Shown piece after piece: positions 23,626 to 37,145 of a stretch of DNA of 64,000 bases. The translations under genes and the position numbers were made by a program. Origin of the DNA: Mobula hypostoma (Eukaryota); NCBI RefSeq assembly GCF_963921235.1, contig NC_086101.1, forward strand, positions 186,001 through 250,000. The letters are read 5' to 3'. The notes below the pieces were generated by a model. The model was not told the origin of the DNA and searched no databases. It worked only from the letters and a program-made list of their open reading frames with translations. The stretch's first letter is position 1; the number at the start of each line of letters is the position of its first letter.

Positions 23626-26405
23626 GGTTTGGAGTTTGTAAAACGTGTGCAAGATAGTTTTTGCAGCAATACATAGAGGTACCAACTAGAGAAGGGGCAG
23701 ATTCCCTAATCTTCTGTTAGGGAATGAGATAGGGCAGGTGACGGAGGTATGTGCTGGGGAGCACTTTGGGTCCAGTGATCAGAATGCCATTAGTTTCAAT
23801 ATAATTATGGAGAAGGGTAAGACTGGACCCAGGGTAGAGATTTTGATTGGAGAAAGGCTAACTTTGAGGAGATGCGTAAGGATTTAGAAGGAGTGGATTG
23901 GGACAATGTGTTTTATGGGAAGGATGTAATAGAGAAATGGAGGTCATTTAAAGGTGAAATTTTGAGGGTACAGGATCTTTATGTTCCTGTTTGGAGCTAG
24001 GGCTTTACTCTTTAGAGAGAAGGAGGATGAGAGGAGACATGATAGAGGTGTACAAGATAATAAGAGGAATAGATAGAGTGGATAGCCAGCGCCTCTTCCC
24101 CAGGGCACCACTGCTCAATAGAAGAGGACGTGGCTTTAAGGTAAGGGGTGGGAAGTTCAAGGGGGATATTAGAGGAAGATTTTTTATTCAGAGAGTGGTT
24201 GGTGCGTGGAATGCACTGCCTGAGTCAGTGGTGGAGGCAGATACACTAGTGAAGTTTAAGAGACTACTAGACAGGTATGTGGAGAAATCTAAGGTGGCTT
24301 ATATAGGAGGCAGGGTTTGAGGGTTGGCACAACATTGTGGGCCGAAGGGCCTGTACTGTGCTGTACAGTATGTTCTATGTTCTATGAAAGGAAAGGTTAA
24401 AAGTTTGAGTAAGCCATGGTTTTCAAGGGATATTGGAAACTTGGTTCGGAAAAAGAGAGGGATCTACAATAAATATAGGCAGCTTGGTGTAAATGAAGAA
24501 TATAAAGAATGTAAAAAGAATCTTAAGAAAGAAATTCGAAAAGCTGAAAGCATATGAGGATGTCTTGGCAAGTAAGGTGAAAATAATTCCAAAGGGCTTC
24601 TACAGTTATATTAAAAGGAAAAGGATAGTGAGGGATAAAATTGGTCCCTTAGAGAATCAGAGTGGACGGCTATGTGCGGAGAGAAAAGAGATGGGGGAGA
24701 TTTTGAACAATTTCTTTTCTTCGGTATTCACTAAGAAGAACGATTGATTTGTGTAGGGTAAGGGAAACATGAAGGGTAGTTAAGGACAGCATGATGATTA
24801 AAGAAGAGGAAGAACTGGCGCTTTTAAGGAATATAAAAGTGGATAAGTCTCCGGGTCCGGACAGGATATTCCCTTGGACCTTGAGGGAAGTTAGTGTGGA
24901 AATAGCAGGAGGTCTGACAGAAATACTTCAAATGTCATTAGAAACGGGGATGGTGCCGGAGGATTGGCGTATAGCTCATGTTGTTCCATTGTTTAAACAG
25001 GGTTCCAAGAGTAAACCTAGCAATTATCGGCCTGTGAGTTTGACGTCAGTGGTGGGCAAATTGATGGAAAGTATTCTTAGGGATGGTATATGTAATTATC
25101 TGGATAGACAGGGTCTGATTAGGAACAGTCAACATGAATTTGTGCGTGGAAGGTCATGTTTGACGAATCTTATTGAATTTGTTGATGAGGTTACTAGGAA
25201 AGTTGACGAGTGTAAAGCAGTCGATGTTGTCTATATGGACTTCAGTAAGGTCAGAAGGTTCCACACGGAAGGTTAGTTAGGAAGGTTCAATCGTTAGGTA
25301 TTAATATCGAAGTAGTAAAATAGATTCAGCAGCAGCTGGATAGGAGCTGCCAGAGAGTAGTGGTGGATAACTGAGTGTCAGATTGGAGCACGGTGTCCAG
25401 TGGTGTGCCGCTGGGATCTGTACTGGGTCCAATGTTGTTTGTCTTATATATTAAAGATCTGGATGATCGGGTGGTAAATTGGATAAGTAAGTATGCAAAT
25501 GATACTAAGATAGTTCTGGATAATGAAGTAGGCTTTCAAAGCTTGCAGAGAGATTTAGACCACTTAGAAAAGTGGGCTGAAAGATGGCAGATGCAGTTTA
25601 ATGCTGAAAAATGTGAGGTGCTATATTTTGGTAGGACTAATCAAAATAGGACATACTTGGTAAATCGTAGGGCATTGAAGAATGCAGTAGAACACAAGGA
25701 TCTAGGAATAATGGTGCATAGTTCCCTGAAGGTGGAATCTCGTGTGGATAGAGTGGTGAAGAAAGCTTTTGGTATGCTGGCCCTTATTAATCAGAGCATT
25801 GACTATAGGAGTTGATATGTAATGTTGAAATTGTATAAAACATTGGTAAGGCTGAATTTGGAGTATTGTGCACAGTTCTGGTAACCGAATTATAGGAAAG
25901 ATGTCAATATAATTGAGAGAGTACAGAGAAGATTTACTAGAATGTTACCTGGGTTTCATCTACAAAGTTACAGAGAAAGGTTGAAAAAGTTGGGTCTTTA
26001 TTGTTTGGGGTGTAGAAGGTTGAGGGGGGACTTGATAGAGGTATTTAAAATTATGGGGAGGATAGATAGAGTTGACGTGGATAGGTGTTTTTCCATTGAG
26101 AATGGGGGATATTCAAACAAGAGGACATGAGTTGATAGTTAAAGGGCAAATGTTTAGGGGTAACATGAGGGGGAACTTCCTTACTCAGAGAGTGGTAGCT
26201 GTGTGGAACGAGCTTCCAGCAGAAGTGGTTGAGGCAGGTTCGATGTTGTCATTTAAAGTTAAATTGGATGGATATATGGACAGGAAAGCAATGGAGGGCT
26301 ATGGGCTGAGTGCAGGTCGGTGGGACTCGGTGAGGGTAAGAGTTTGGCACGGACTAGAAGGGCCGAGTTGGCCTGTTTCCGTGCTGTAATTATTATATGG
26401 TCATA
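23626..26405 (+). mobile_element. Degenerate CR1 ORF2 with a nested CR1 3' fragment (about 23990-24385)
   Basis: EN C-terminus, NYRPVSLTS, GVPLGSVLGP and 3'UTR; many stops. Confidence 0.85.
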
Positions 26406-26544
26406 TGATTGTTGGGACAAGGTTTGAGGAGTCACTGTATTTATAAAGCTTTGAAATTTGCAGCACCTGGCCTTCCCTAATGATGACTGTGAACAAGCCA
26501 TAGCCCTCATAAGCTAGTAAGGTCTGAGACATTGGGAAAAGCTA

Positions 26545-26781
26545 TTTGAGAGCTCAAATCGTTGGGGTGCCCAAACTTTTGCAAAATACTCGGTTCTCTT
26601 TTTTTTTACTCTAAAATTGTACAAAACAAAAATAATACGCTAACCTTGCTTAAAATGTTGAAAAGAATGTTTGATCGTTAACCTTATGAATTTTGGAGAT
26701 CAGTTCATCTTCTACTCACTTAACTATTCACAGTAAGAGAAATTTTGACCAAGGGTGCCCAAACATTTGCATGTCACTGTA
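26545..26781. mobile_element. Tc1/mariner-like terminal remnant (IR/DR type)
   Basis: Direct repeat ggtgcccaaac(t/a)tttgca near 26566 and 26754, ending CACTG+TA; related remnant at about 44410-44490. Confidence 0.6.
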
Positions 26782-27030
26782 CCCCGTAATTTTATGCATA
26801 CCTACCCGACTAAACACTCGAGTTTCTGATTTACTTCGTGGAAGGTCTACATCAACATGTGAAATGCAACAGGTTTTGTAGTAAACATCCCTCAACACCT
26901 CCATGTGCTCATTCCCCTCAGCACCTCTATATGCAGGGACCCTTAAGAAATAGATATGGAAACTAATGCCTTGTATATGAAATAATGTTTGATGAGTTTC
27001 TAGCAATAAATTTGACCGACTGCCAGAATG

Positions 27031-27893
27031 TCTCCTCCAGTCTCCCTCCTGGCACTTATCCGTGTAAGCAGAACAAATGCTACATATGCCCTTACACTTC
27101 CTCCCTTACCACCATTCAGGGCCCCAAACAGTCCTTCCAGGTGAGGCAACACTTCACCTGCGAGTTGACTGGGGTGATATACGGCGTCTGGTACTCCTGA
27201 TGTGGCCTTTTATATATTGGCGAGACCTGACGCAGACTGGGAGACCGCTTTGCTGAACATCTACGCTCTGTCCGCCAGAGAAAGCAGGATCTCCCAGTGG
27301 CCACACATTTTAATTCCACATCCCATTCCCATTCTGACATGTCTATCCATGGCCTCCTCTACCGTAAAGATGAAGCCACACTCAGGTTGGAGGAACAACA
27401 CCTTATATTCCATCTGGGTAGACTCCAACCTGATGGCATGAACATTGACTTCTCTAACTTCTGCTAAGGCCCCACCTCCCCCTCGTACCCCATCTGTTAC
27501 TTATTTTTATGCACACATTCTTTCTCTCACTCTCCTTTTTCTCCCTCTGTCCCTCTGAATATACCTCTTGCCCATCCTCTGGGTCACCCCCCCTTGTTTT
27601 TCTTCCCGGACCTCCTGTCCCATGATCCTCTCGTATCCCCTTTTGCCTATCACCTGTCCAGCTCTTGGCTCTATCCCTCCCCCTCCTGTCTTCTCCTATC
27701 ATTTTGAATCTCCCCCTCCCCCTCCAACTTTCAAATCCCTTACTCACTCTTCCTTCAGTTAGTCCTGACGAAGGGTCTCAGCCTGAAACGTAGACTGCAC
27801 CTCTTCCTACAGATGCTGCCTGGCCTGCTGCGTTCGCCAGCAACTTTGATGTGTGTTGCTTGAATTTCCAGCATCTGCAGAATTCCTGTTGTT
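27031..27893 (+). mobile_element. 5'-truncated Penelope-like element (GIY-YIG end plus tail)
   Basis: YIGET..RLGDRFAEH motif; 10-bp TSD tgccagaatg at 27021-27030 and 27894-27903. Confidence 0.85.
27761..27796 (+). ncRNA. Minimal Penelope-type (type I) hammerhead motif
   Basis: agtc-CTGACGA-agg...cct-GAAAC-gta-gact: stem I agtc/gact, stem II agg/cct, very short stem III. Confidence 0.6.
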
Positions 27894-28307
27894 TGCCAGA
27901 ATGACCTGTTTTAAGACTCATCAAAACAGGACAGAAATCTGAACAATGGACAAATTTCCTCCACCTACGTGAACCTAAAATTATTTCAATGAATTCTTCT
28001 GCATATACTGATAAGTGGTTAGTTAGCTGTTTCTTTATCGTCACCTACAATTCAGGCACAAAAAACCAACTGCACCAACATTCCCAGTTAAATTATTTTA
28101 ATTCATCAGTAAAAATCGTTAACAGATTATAATTTTCCTTACTATACAGATGAACCAACAGTCTGCCAGACCGTAACGAATCTTTAAACATTATTAAATT
28201 ATGTAACCTAAAATCTACTGAAGTGATTGTGGAAAAAAAAGCTGGGGTTACTGTGAACGCCAACAGTCGTACATATTGCATAGTAATATAAACACATATT
28301 CCCAGCG

Positions 28308-31300
28308 TGTTACAATGAGTAAATAAAGTGAACCAAGTGCTGGACACAGGCACGGAGATTGAGTTAGGATCTTTCATGGACGTGAACGTTGAGCAGCAAA
28401 CAGAAAGGATCTTTAAACAGAGCCTTGATACGGAGCCTTGACACAGAGAGAAGGAGTTTCATAGGTACATTTTGAAACTGGAGCAAAACTTAGCGCACAC
28501 GGTCCTAAGTGGCCAGGAATGTTAGTAACCACACAGGCAAAACCAACGATCTGGCGACTGGTGGTTGTAAACGCCAGGGTTCTTATAGCTACTTGTCTTG
28601 ATGGAAACCAAGTGTGCCGTCATCAAATAGAATTAGAAGCAAATGCGAAATTAGCACATTCAAAGGATATTAGGAGAATGATAGGGAATAAAAGATCGGG
28701 ACCGTGAGAGTAACCTCTCCCTCAATGGGAGCCTCCAGCCGAACCACCAGGCTTGTCCAGATTGTCTCCATGGAAATCATAGAGGAAGGAAGTGTCCAGG
28801 ATGAAGGAGTGGGGAATCCAGGAGCGTTACACCAGGCCGTATCCCTCCCAATCGACCAGGTACTGGAGGCCTCTGCCTCGGCGGCGCGCATCCAGTATTC
28901 GCTGGACGGTGTACGCTGGGTGGTCGTCAATGATCTGGGCGAGTGGAGCAGTTTCGGCAGGAGGGCACAAAGGGCTGACAGATACAAGTTTCGATTGAGA
29001 GACGTGGAATGTAGGATAAATGTGCACGGATCCGGGCAGTTTGAGTCTGACCACAGAGGTGTTGATGACACTCTCAAACTCGAATGGTCCCAGGTATTGA
29101 GGGACGAGATTCTTGGGTTCATTCTTGAGGGTAATGTCTTTTGATGAGAGCCAAACGTTCAGCCCAGGCCGATAATTTGGTGCAGGAATTCGATGGCGAT
29201 CGGCAATCCTCCGGTTGCGGTCGGCTGAGCAGAGCAGTGCCGCGCGTGCATCCTTCCAGATCTTGCGGCACCAGCGGAGATGGGTCTGAACAGAAGGCAC
29301 GGCGATGTCATCTTCATGTGCGGGAAACAGAGGGGGCTGGTAACCGAGGAAGCACTCGAAGGGAGACATTCCGGTGGCGGTGCTGACCAGGGAGTTGTTG
29401 GCGTACTCTACCCAAGCGAGACGGGTGTTCCAGGATGGTAGGTTGTTGGCGGTTATGCAGCGCAGTGCTGTTTCCAAATCCTGGTGCTCCTTCAATTTGA
29501 CCATTAGTCTGCAGATGGAAGCCGGAAGACAGGTTTTCTGAGGCTCCAAGGGCTTGACAAAAGAATCTCCAGACTTGACAGATGAATTGGGGACTCGGGT
29601 CATAAATAATGTCAAAAGGAATTCCACGAAAGCGGAAGACGTGAAAAACATGGTGGTCGGCTATCTCACGGGCTGCAGGGTGTTTGGGAAGGGCTCCGAA
29701 GTGCACAGCTTTAGAGAAACGGTCCACCACGGTGAGTACAGCAGTGTTCCCATGTGAAGGGGGTAGTCCAGTAACACATTCCAGCGCAATGTGTGACCAA
29801 GTGCGGCTAGGGATAGGTCGGGGACGAAGCCACCCAGCAGGTGGTCGGTGGGAGGCTTTTCCGCGGGCACATACTGAACAGGCAGAGACGAAGAAACAGA
29901 TGACAGCGTCCATGGAGGGCCACCATAAATGTCTGTTCGGAAGGGACAGAGTTCGATCGACTCCGGGTTGGCAGCCGAAACGAAAAATGTGCCCCCGCTG
30001 GAGAACCTGAGACCGAACAGAGTCAGGCACGAAGAGGCGACTGGGCGGGGGGGGGGGGGTCCCTTGCCTGGGTCTGGTTGAGTCTTTGACTATGGATTTG
30101 ATCTCCCAGGTGAGGGCAGCCATTACACAGGACGGTCTTGGGGTTGGGAAGGCCCTCCTCGGAGACGTATTGACGGGAGAGAGCATCTGGCTTCACGTTC
30201 TTGGAACCGGGACGATAGGTGAGGGTGAATCTAAAATGGCCAAAAAAAAAATGCCCAACGGGCTTGGCGAGAATTCAAGCGTTTGGCGGTTTGGATGCAT
30301 GCGAAATTCTTGTAATCAATCCAGACGATGAATGGATGCTCTGCTCCCTAAAGCCAGTGCCTCCACTCCTCCAAAGCGAGCTTGACAGCCAGTAACTCCC
30401 GGTTCCCTATGCCGTAGTTCCATTCGGTGGGAGATAGACGGCGAGAGAAGAAGGCGGAGGGATGGAGTTTTTGGTCTGGCCGGAGCGTTGGGAGAGGACG
30501 GCTCCTACCCGGAGTCGGAGGCGTCGACTTCCACAATGAATTGGCGAGAGGGGTCGGGCTGGACCAGGATGGGAGCGGAGGTGAAACTCCCCTTCAGCTC
30601 CGAGAGGGCTGAGTCCGCTTCGGGGGTCCAGTGAAAAGGGGTCGTAGGAGAGGTGAGTATAGTGAGGGGCGCTGCCACCCGGCTGTAGTCTCTGATGAAG
30701 CGACGATAAAACTTTGCGAACCCAAGACATCGCTGGAGCTGCATGAGTGTCCGCCACAGCCCGGATCATTTCGGGATACGCACTCACTTGCCCGCTCTCG
30801 ATGATGTACCCAAAGAAACTAACAGAAGGGTCATGGATCTCGCACTTCTCAGCCTTAACAAATAGTTTGTTCTCCCAAAGCCTCTGCAGAACCTAACGGA
30901 CATGGTGGGTGTGTTCCTGGTGACTGCAGGAGAAGATTAAAATGTTGTCCAAATAAACAAAAATGAATCGGTGAATAAAGTACCTGAGGACATCGTTTAT
31001 CAGGGCTCGGAAGACGACGGGGGCACTGGTGAGACAGAATGGCATGACGAGGTGTTCGAAGTTACCAAGAGGGCTGTTAAAAGCTGTTTTCCACTCACCT
31101 CCTTCCCTCATCCTGACCAGGTGGTAGGCACATCGTAGGTCCAACTTTCAGAAGATGGTGCTCCGCGAAGGAGTTCAAAAGCAGAGTTGATAAGGGGCAG
31201 TGGATACTTATTCTTTATGGTTATGCTATCCAGGCCCCGGTAGTCAATGCAGGGGCGCAGTGAGACGACTTTCTTTTCCACAAAGAAGAAGCCTGCGCCT

Positions 31301-33464
31301 ACATGAGAAGATGTGGGTTGGATAATGCCCGCTGCGAGACAGTCGTTTTGGTAAGCCTCCATTGCTTCCCTTTCTGGCCGGGGCAGCGGACTGGTGGGTA
31401 GAGGGGCAGCGGGGAGAAGGTCAATTGCGCAATCGTAACTGCTGTGTGGAGGCAGGGAAAGAGCCCGTTGTTTGTTAAACACTTTTCCCAGATCGTGGTA
31501 CTCTGCTGGAGCCTTGGATAAGCCGGGGGTTTCAGCGGCAGACGAGGTCGCGGTGACTTTCACAAGGGAAAGGGCCGATTGTAGAGAAGTGGAATGACAG
31601 AATAGACTCCAGCTGACTATCTTCCCGGTGGACCAGTCAATGTGGGATTATGGCGGCTTAACCAGTGGTACCCAAGACAAATAGGAGCTTGAGGAGAGGA
31701 AATTAGGTTAAATCGTACCTGTTCCCGATGGCTTCAGGAGAGAATAAGAGAGAGGGGTGGTGTGCAGTGTGTGACTCGGGCCAGAAGTCTACCGTCCAGT
31801 GTCCGGGCTTTCAAAGAAGTGCTCAACGGCTCCCGAGGAATTCAGGCCCGGGAAGCTATGTCTACATCCAAAAGGTTTCCCTCGGCGCCGGAGTCCACTA
31901 GAGATGACAGAGGCAGGAACTGTTGATTGTAACGTAAAGTAGCTTGGATCTGTATCCGGGTTCGGGGGACGAGAGGGAATGTTGTCTGGCTCACCACGGT
32001 CCTCCTTTCTACTGGCGAGCCTTCCCTTTTGGCCGAAGGGGACAGGTAACACGGAAGTGGTCGGACTGGCCACAATAGAGGCACTCCCCAGCTCTCAATG
32101 CCCGCAGTCGCTCTGTGGGAGAAAGACAGCTCCGTCCCATTTGCATTGGTTCCTCTCCCAGGGCGGTGGAAACGGCCGGGTTGGCAGCTATTCTAGGAGC
32201 AGGAGAAGAAGAGAGGCTTGTGCTAGTGGGAAACGGTAAGAAGTGCCGTGGAGTGGCCAAGGGTGGTGGACGACCAGTTCTTTCCCTGTTGCGTTCTCGA
32301 AGACGATTGTCCAACCTGGTGGCTAGGGAGATCAAGGAATCCAGGCTGTCGGTGTCATCAGTTGCCGCCAACTCGTATTTCACCATGACGTTGTGACCAT
32401 TCCGAAATACCCCTTGGAGCGCCTCATCGTTTCACCCCGAGTCGGCCGCTAACGTCCGGAACTCCACGGAATATTCGGCAACACTGCGTGAGCCCTGACT
32501 TAGAGTGGGTAGACGCTTAGGGGCATCTTTACCACGGACGTGGTGATCAAAGATCTTTTTCATTTCCGCGATAAAGGTGGGGAAAGAAGAGCAGATATCG
32601 GGTTGATTATCCCAAACAGTTGTAGCCCACGCTAAGTCATTTCCCCGCAACAACCCCATGATACACGCTATCGTTGACTTATCCGTGGAGTACGTGGATG
32701 ACTGCTGTTCCAACACCAGGGAGCATTGCAGAAGGAAGGCCCGGCATTTCCCCAAATCCCCAGCGTAGTATTCTGATTCAGGTACGTATGGCTCTCTTGG
32801 CGGTAGTGTTGCTGACACGCAGGTGGTTGCCACTACAGGCTGTCTGGGCTAGTTATACTGAGTTCCAGGAATGGATGGGGTAACATGAGTGGATACACTG
32901 TCCACCTGGTCACTGATCTTCGTTACGTTCACTGACAGGGAATGGAGTTTCTCCGTGACATCCCGGAGAAGCTGATCGTGCAGACCCAGTGGGGAGCCCT
33001 GGCTGGCGAGGGCTTGTTGCAGGGTATTCGTGTCCGCGGGGTCTATCGCGGCCAGATCGTCCTGTTGCAACGAAAGAGGCGCACCCAAGTGCACGACACA
33101 GGCATGGGGATTTAGTTAGGATGCTTATGCGGACGTGAACATTGAACAGCAAACAGGAGGGATCTTGAAACACGAAGCCTTGACACAGAGAGACGGAGTT
33201 TCATAGGTAAACCTTGAAACTGGAGCAGAACTTTGAACATACGGTCCCAAGCGGCCGGGAAACATTAATTACCACACAGGCAAAACCAACGATCTGGAGA
33301 CTAGTAGTTGTAACCCCGGGGTTCTTATGCTGCAGGTCTTGATGGAAACCAGTATGTCGTCATCAAAGAGAATTAGAAGCAAATGGGAAATTAACAGTCG
33401 GAACCGTGGCGCAATCAAAGGAAATTAGGAGAAAGATAGAGAACTAACAATCGGGACCGTGACA
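28308..33464 (-). mobile_element. Degenerate Gypsy (Tf1/sushi chromovirus-like) LTR retrotransposon
   Basis: LTRs 33063-33464 and about 28308-28709; gag, protease LVDSGA, RT YLDN(D), RNase H VDAS/NRELLA, integrase, chromodomain [12 protein letters not shown] next to the 3' LTR; many frameshifts. Confidence 0.92.
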
Positions 33465-34809
33465 GGAAAGCCTGTAGGTGAACTGTATATGTAGACGTAA
33501 GGAGAAGGTAGAGGGGGACAAAGGTGGGAGACAAGGATCCCTTTGTCCCCTTTCCCAATCCCAACACCCACAGCCCCTCATTCGGACAGGTGAAGAATTT
33601 GCAGAGACCCTTAAGCAACACAGGTCCTGATGACAGGTTTCTGCCCGAACCATCGACTTTTCCATAGATGCTTCCTGGGCTGCTGAGCTCCTCCAGCAAT
33701 TTGTGTGTGTTTTACGCTTTAAATATACTCAATTATTTGGCCTCCACAGCTGCCTGTGGCAGATTCACTATCATGTGGCAAAAGGAATTCCTCCTCAGCT
33801 TTGTTCTAAATGGACATCCTTCTAGTCGGAGGCTGTGCTATCTGTTCCTAGACTCACTGACTATGGAAACACCCTCCCAGATAGGTTTCAGGGATGTCAG
33901 GCGAGACCCTTCATCAGGACCCGTGTTGCTTTTCTCCTGTTTGATATTTAAAGCGGAAGTTGATGGGTTCTTGATTAGTCAGAGTGTCAAAATTTAGGGG
34001 AGGAGGCTGGAGAATAGTGTTGAGAGGGATAATAAATCAGCCATTTTACTGAACTCCAGTGAGTACACGCTCAGAACCATCAAACGCTACTCATATGTTA
34101 ACCCTTTCATTCCCAGAATCATTCTCATGAACAGCCTTTGGACCCTCTCCAATATTAGCACATCTTTTCATATATGAAGGGCCTAAAACTTCTCACAGTA
34201 CTCCAAGGTGGTCTGACCAATGCTTTATAAAACATCAGCATTACATCCTGGCTGTTGTATTCTAATCCTCTGGAAATGAATGCAAACATTGCGTTCCCGA
34301 TCTTACCACTGACTCAAACTGCAAGCTAACCTTCTGGAATCCTGCGCAAGGACACCCGACTTCATTTGTAGCCTATTGCCAACTGTTTCACTGAAGTCAG
34401 ACTAACTCACCTATAATTTCCTTTCCTTTCCTTCTTAAGGAGTGAAGTCACCTTTGCAACTTCTAGTAATCTTGAATGATCTAGAACGTAGTGACTGATC
34501 GTTACCGGTACCTCCACATTCTCTTCAGCAACCTCTTTCAGAACACACGGGTGTAGTCCATCTGATCAGGGCGATTTATCTACCTTCAGAACTTACATCG
34601 TACCATACACTTTATCCTTAGTAATACCATTTCTGCCCCTGACATTTTCACAATCTGAAATACAGATAGTATCTTCCACAGTGAGGATAGAGAGAAAATA
34701 TAGAAGAAGTACCTCTGAAATGTTTTTATCTCACATTTCTCTGCTCCTCTATCATTTTCAGGGGCACAATATTTACTCTCAACTCTCTTTTACTGTTTAC
34801 ATTGTTGTA

Positions 34810-36595
34810 TTCAGAATCAGAACCAGAATCCGAGTCAAGTTTATGATCACCAGCACGTGACGTGAAATTTGTTAACTTAGCAGTGGCCGTTCAATGCCAT
34901 ACATGATCTAGCAGAGACAACAACAACAACAACAATAATAATAATAATAATAATAATAAACATAATAATAAATCAACAAGTAAATTATGTATATTGAATA
35001 GATTATTTTAAAAATGTGCAAAAACAGAAATACTGCATATTCAAAAAGTGAGGTAGTGTCCAATGCTTCAATGCCCATTTAGGAATCCGATGGAAGAGGG
35101 GAAGATGTTCCTGAATCCCTGAGTGTGTGCCTTCAGGCTTCTGTATATCCTACTAGATGGTAACAATGAGATAAAGAGCATGCCTTGGGTGCTGGAGGTC
35201 CTTAATAAAGGACGCTGCCTTTCTGAGACACCGTTCCCTAAAGATGTCCTGGGTACTTTGTAGGCTAGTGCCTAAGATGGAGCTGACTAGATTTACGACC
35301 TTCTGCAGCTTCTTTCGGTCCTGTGCAGTAGCTCCTCCATAGCAGACAGTGAAGCAGCGGTCAGAATGCTCTCCACGGTACAGTTATAGAAGTTTTTGAG
35401 CGTATTTGTTGACATGCCAAATCGTTTCAAGCTCCTAATAAAGTATAACCGCTGTCTTGCCTTCTTTATGACTACATTAATACGTTGGGACCAAGTTAGA
35501 TCCTCATAGATCTTGACACGCAGGAAGTTGAAGCTGTTCATTCTCTGCACTTCTGATCCCTCTATGAAGATTAGTATGTGTTCCTTCGCCTTACCCTCCC
35601 TGAAGTCCACAATCAGCTGTTTCGTCTTACTGACGTTGAGTGCCAGGTTGTTGCTGCGGCACCATTCCACTAGTTGGCATGTCTCACTCCTGTACACCTA
35701 GTCACCACCTGAGATTCTACCAACAATGGTTGTATCGTTAGCAAATTTGCAGATGGTATTTGAGCTATGCGTAGCCACATAGTCATGTGTATACAGAGAG
35801 TAGAGCAGTGGGCTAAGCACACACCCCAGAGGTGCATCAGTGTTGATCGTCAGCGAGGAGGATGTTATCACCAATCCGCACAGACTGTGGTCTTGTGGTT
35901 AGGATATCGAGAATGCATTTATAGAAGGAAGTACAGAGGCCCAGGTTCTTCAACTTCTCAATCAGGATTGTGGGAATGATGCTATTAAATGCTGACCTAT
36001 CGTCGATGAACTGCATCCTAACGTAGGTGTCTGTGTTGTCTAGGTGGTTTAAAGCCGTGTAAAGAGTGATGAAGATTGCGTCTGCCGTTGACCTATTGTT
36101 ATGATATGCAATCTGCAATTCTATGGGTCCTGGTCTTTGCTGAGGCAGCAGTTCAGTTTAGTCATAACCAACCTCTCAAAGCATTTCATCACTGTCGATG
36201 AGCGCTACCGGACCATAGTCGTTAACGTAGCCCACATTATTCTTCATTCACACGGGTATAATTGTGGCCTTTTTAAGCAAGTGAGAACTTCTGCCCTTAG
36301 TAGTGAGAGGTTGAAAATATCCTTCAATTCTCCCGCTAGTTGGTTGGCATAGGTTTTCAGAGCCTTACCAGGTATTCCATCCGGACGTTCCGCCTTGCGA
36401 GGGTTCCCGCTCTTTAAAGATAGTCTGACATCAGCCTCTGAGACGAAGATCACAGGGTCATCAGGTGCAGCAGGGATCTTCACAGCTGTACTTGTGTTCT
36501 CCCTTTCCAAGCGTGCATTGAGTTCATCCGGTAGTGAAGCATCGCTGCCATTCATACTATTGGATCTCGTTTTGTAGGAAGTAATGTTGTGTATT
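34810..36595 (-). mobile_element. Degenerate Rex1/Babar LINE
   Basis: [34 protein letters not shown]; (TTCTGA)n tail; (CAA)n(TAA)n run in the 3'UTR. Confidence 0.85.
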
Positions 36596-36933
36596 GTCGG
36601 CAAGCTTTCCCTCATATCTCCACTTTTCTGTAAATGTTTGCGACATTGTATGCCCTCTCTTTTGTTTTTGTTGCCTTTGACTTCCCTTGTCAAACACGGT
36701 TACCCCCTCCTCCCTTTAGAATACTTCTTCATCTTCGGGACATTTCTATAATGTGCCTTCCAAATTACCCCCGGAAACTCCAGCCATTGCTGTTCTGTTA
36801 TCATCCTTGCTCGTGTCTCTTTTCAATCTATTTTGATTAGCTCCTCCAGCAGGCCTCTGTATTTAACTTCGCACCACTCTAATGCTGATACATCTGACTT
36901 TATCTTCCCTGTCTCAAACTGTGGTGTGAATTC

Positions 36934-37145
36934 GCAAACAACAGGAATTCTGCAAATGCTGGCAATTCAAGCAACACACATCAAAGTTGCTGGTGAACGC
37001 AGCAGGCCAGGCAGCATCTTTAGGAAGAGGTACAGTCGACATTTCAGGCCGAGAACCTTGGGTTTCGGCCTGAAACGTCGACTGTACCTCTTCTTAGAGA
37101 TGCTGCCTGGCCTGTTGCGTTCACCAGCAACTTCGATGTGTGTTG
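36934..37145. mobile_element. Fold-back insertion of two inverted Penelope tails
   Basis: About 85-bp inverted arms; TSD gtggt(g/a)tgaattc at 36921-36933 and 37146-37158. Confidence 0.8.

Larger units (their letters stand above)
26860..28307 (-). mobile_element. Degenerate I/Nimb-like LINE RNase H region, split by a Penelope-derived insert
   Basis: KQLTNHLSVYAEE..II, CSD...LMSLK, VPAYRGAEGNE RNase H motifs; aligns to about 55700-56245. Confidence 0.65.
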
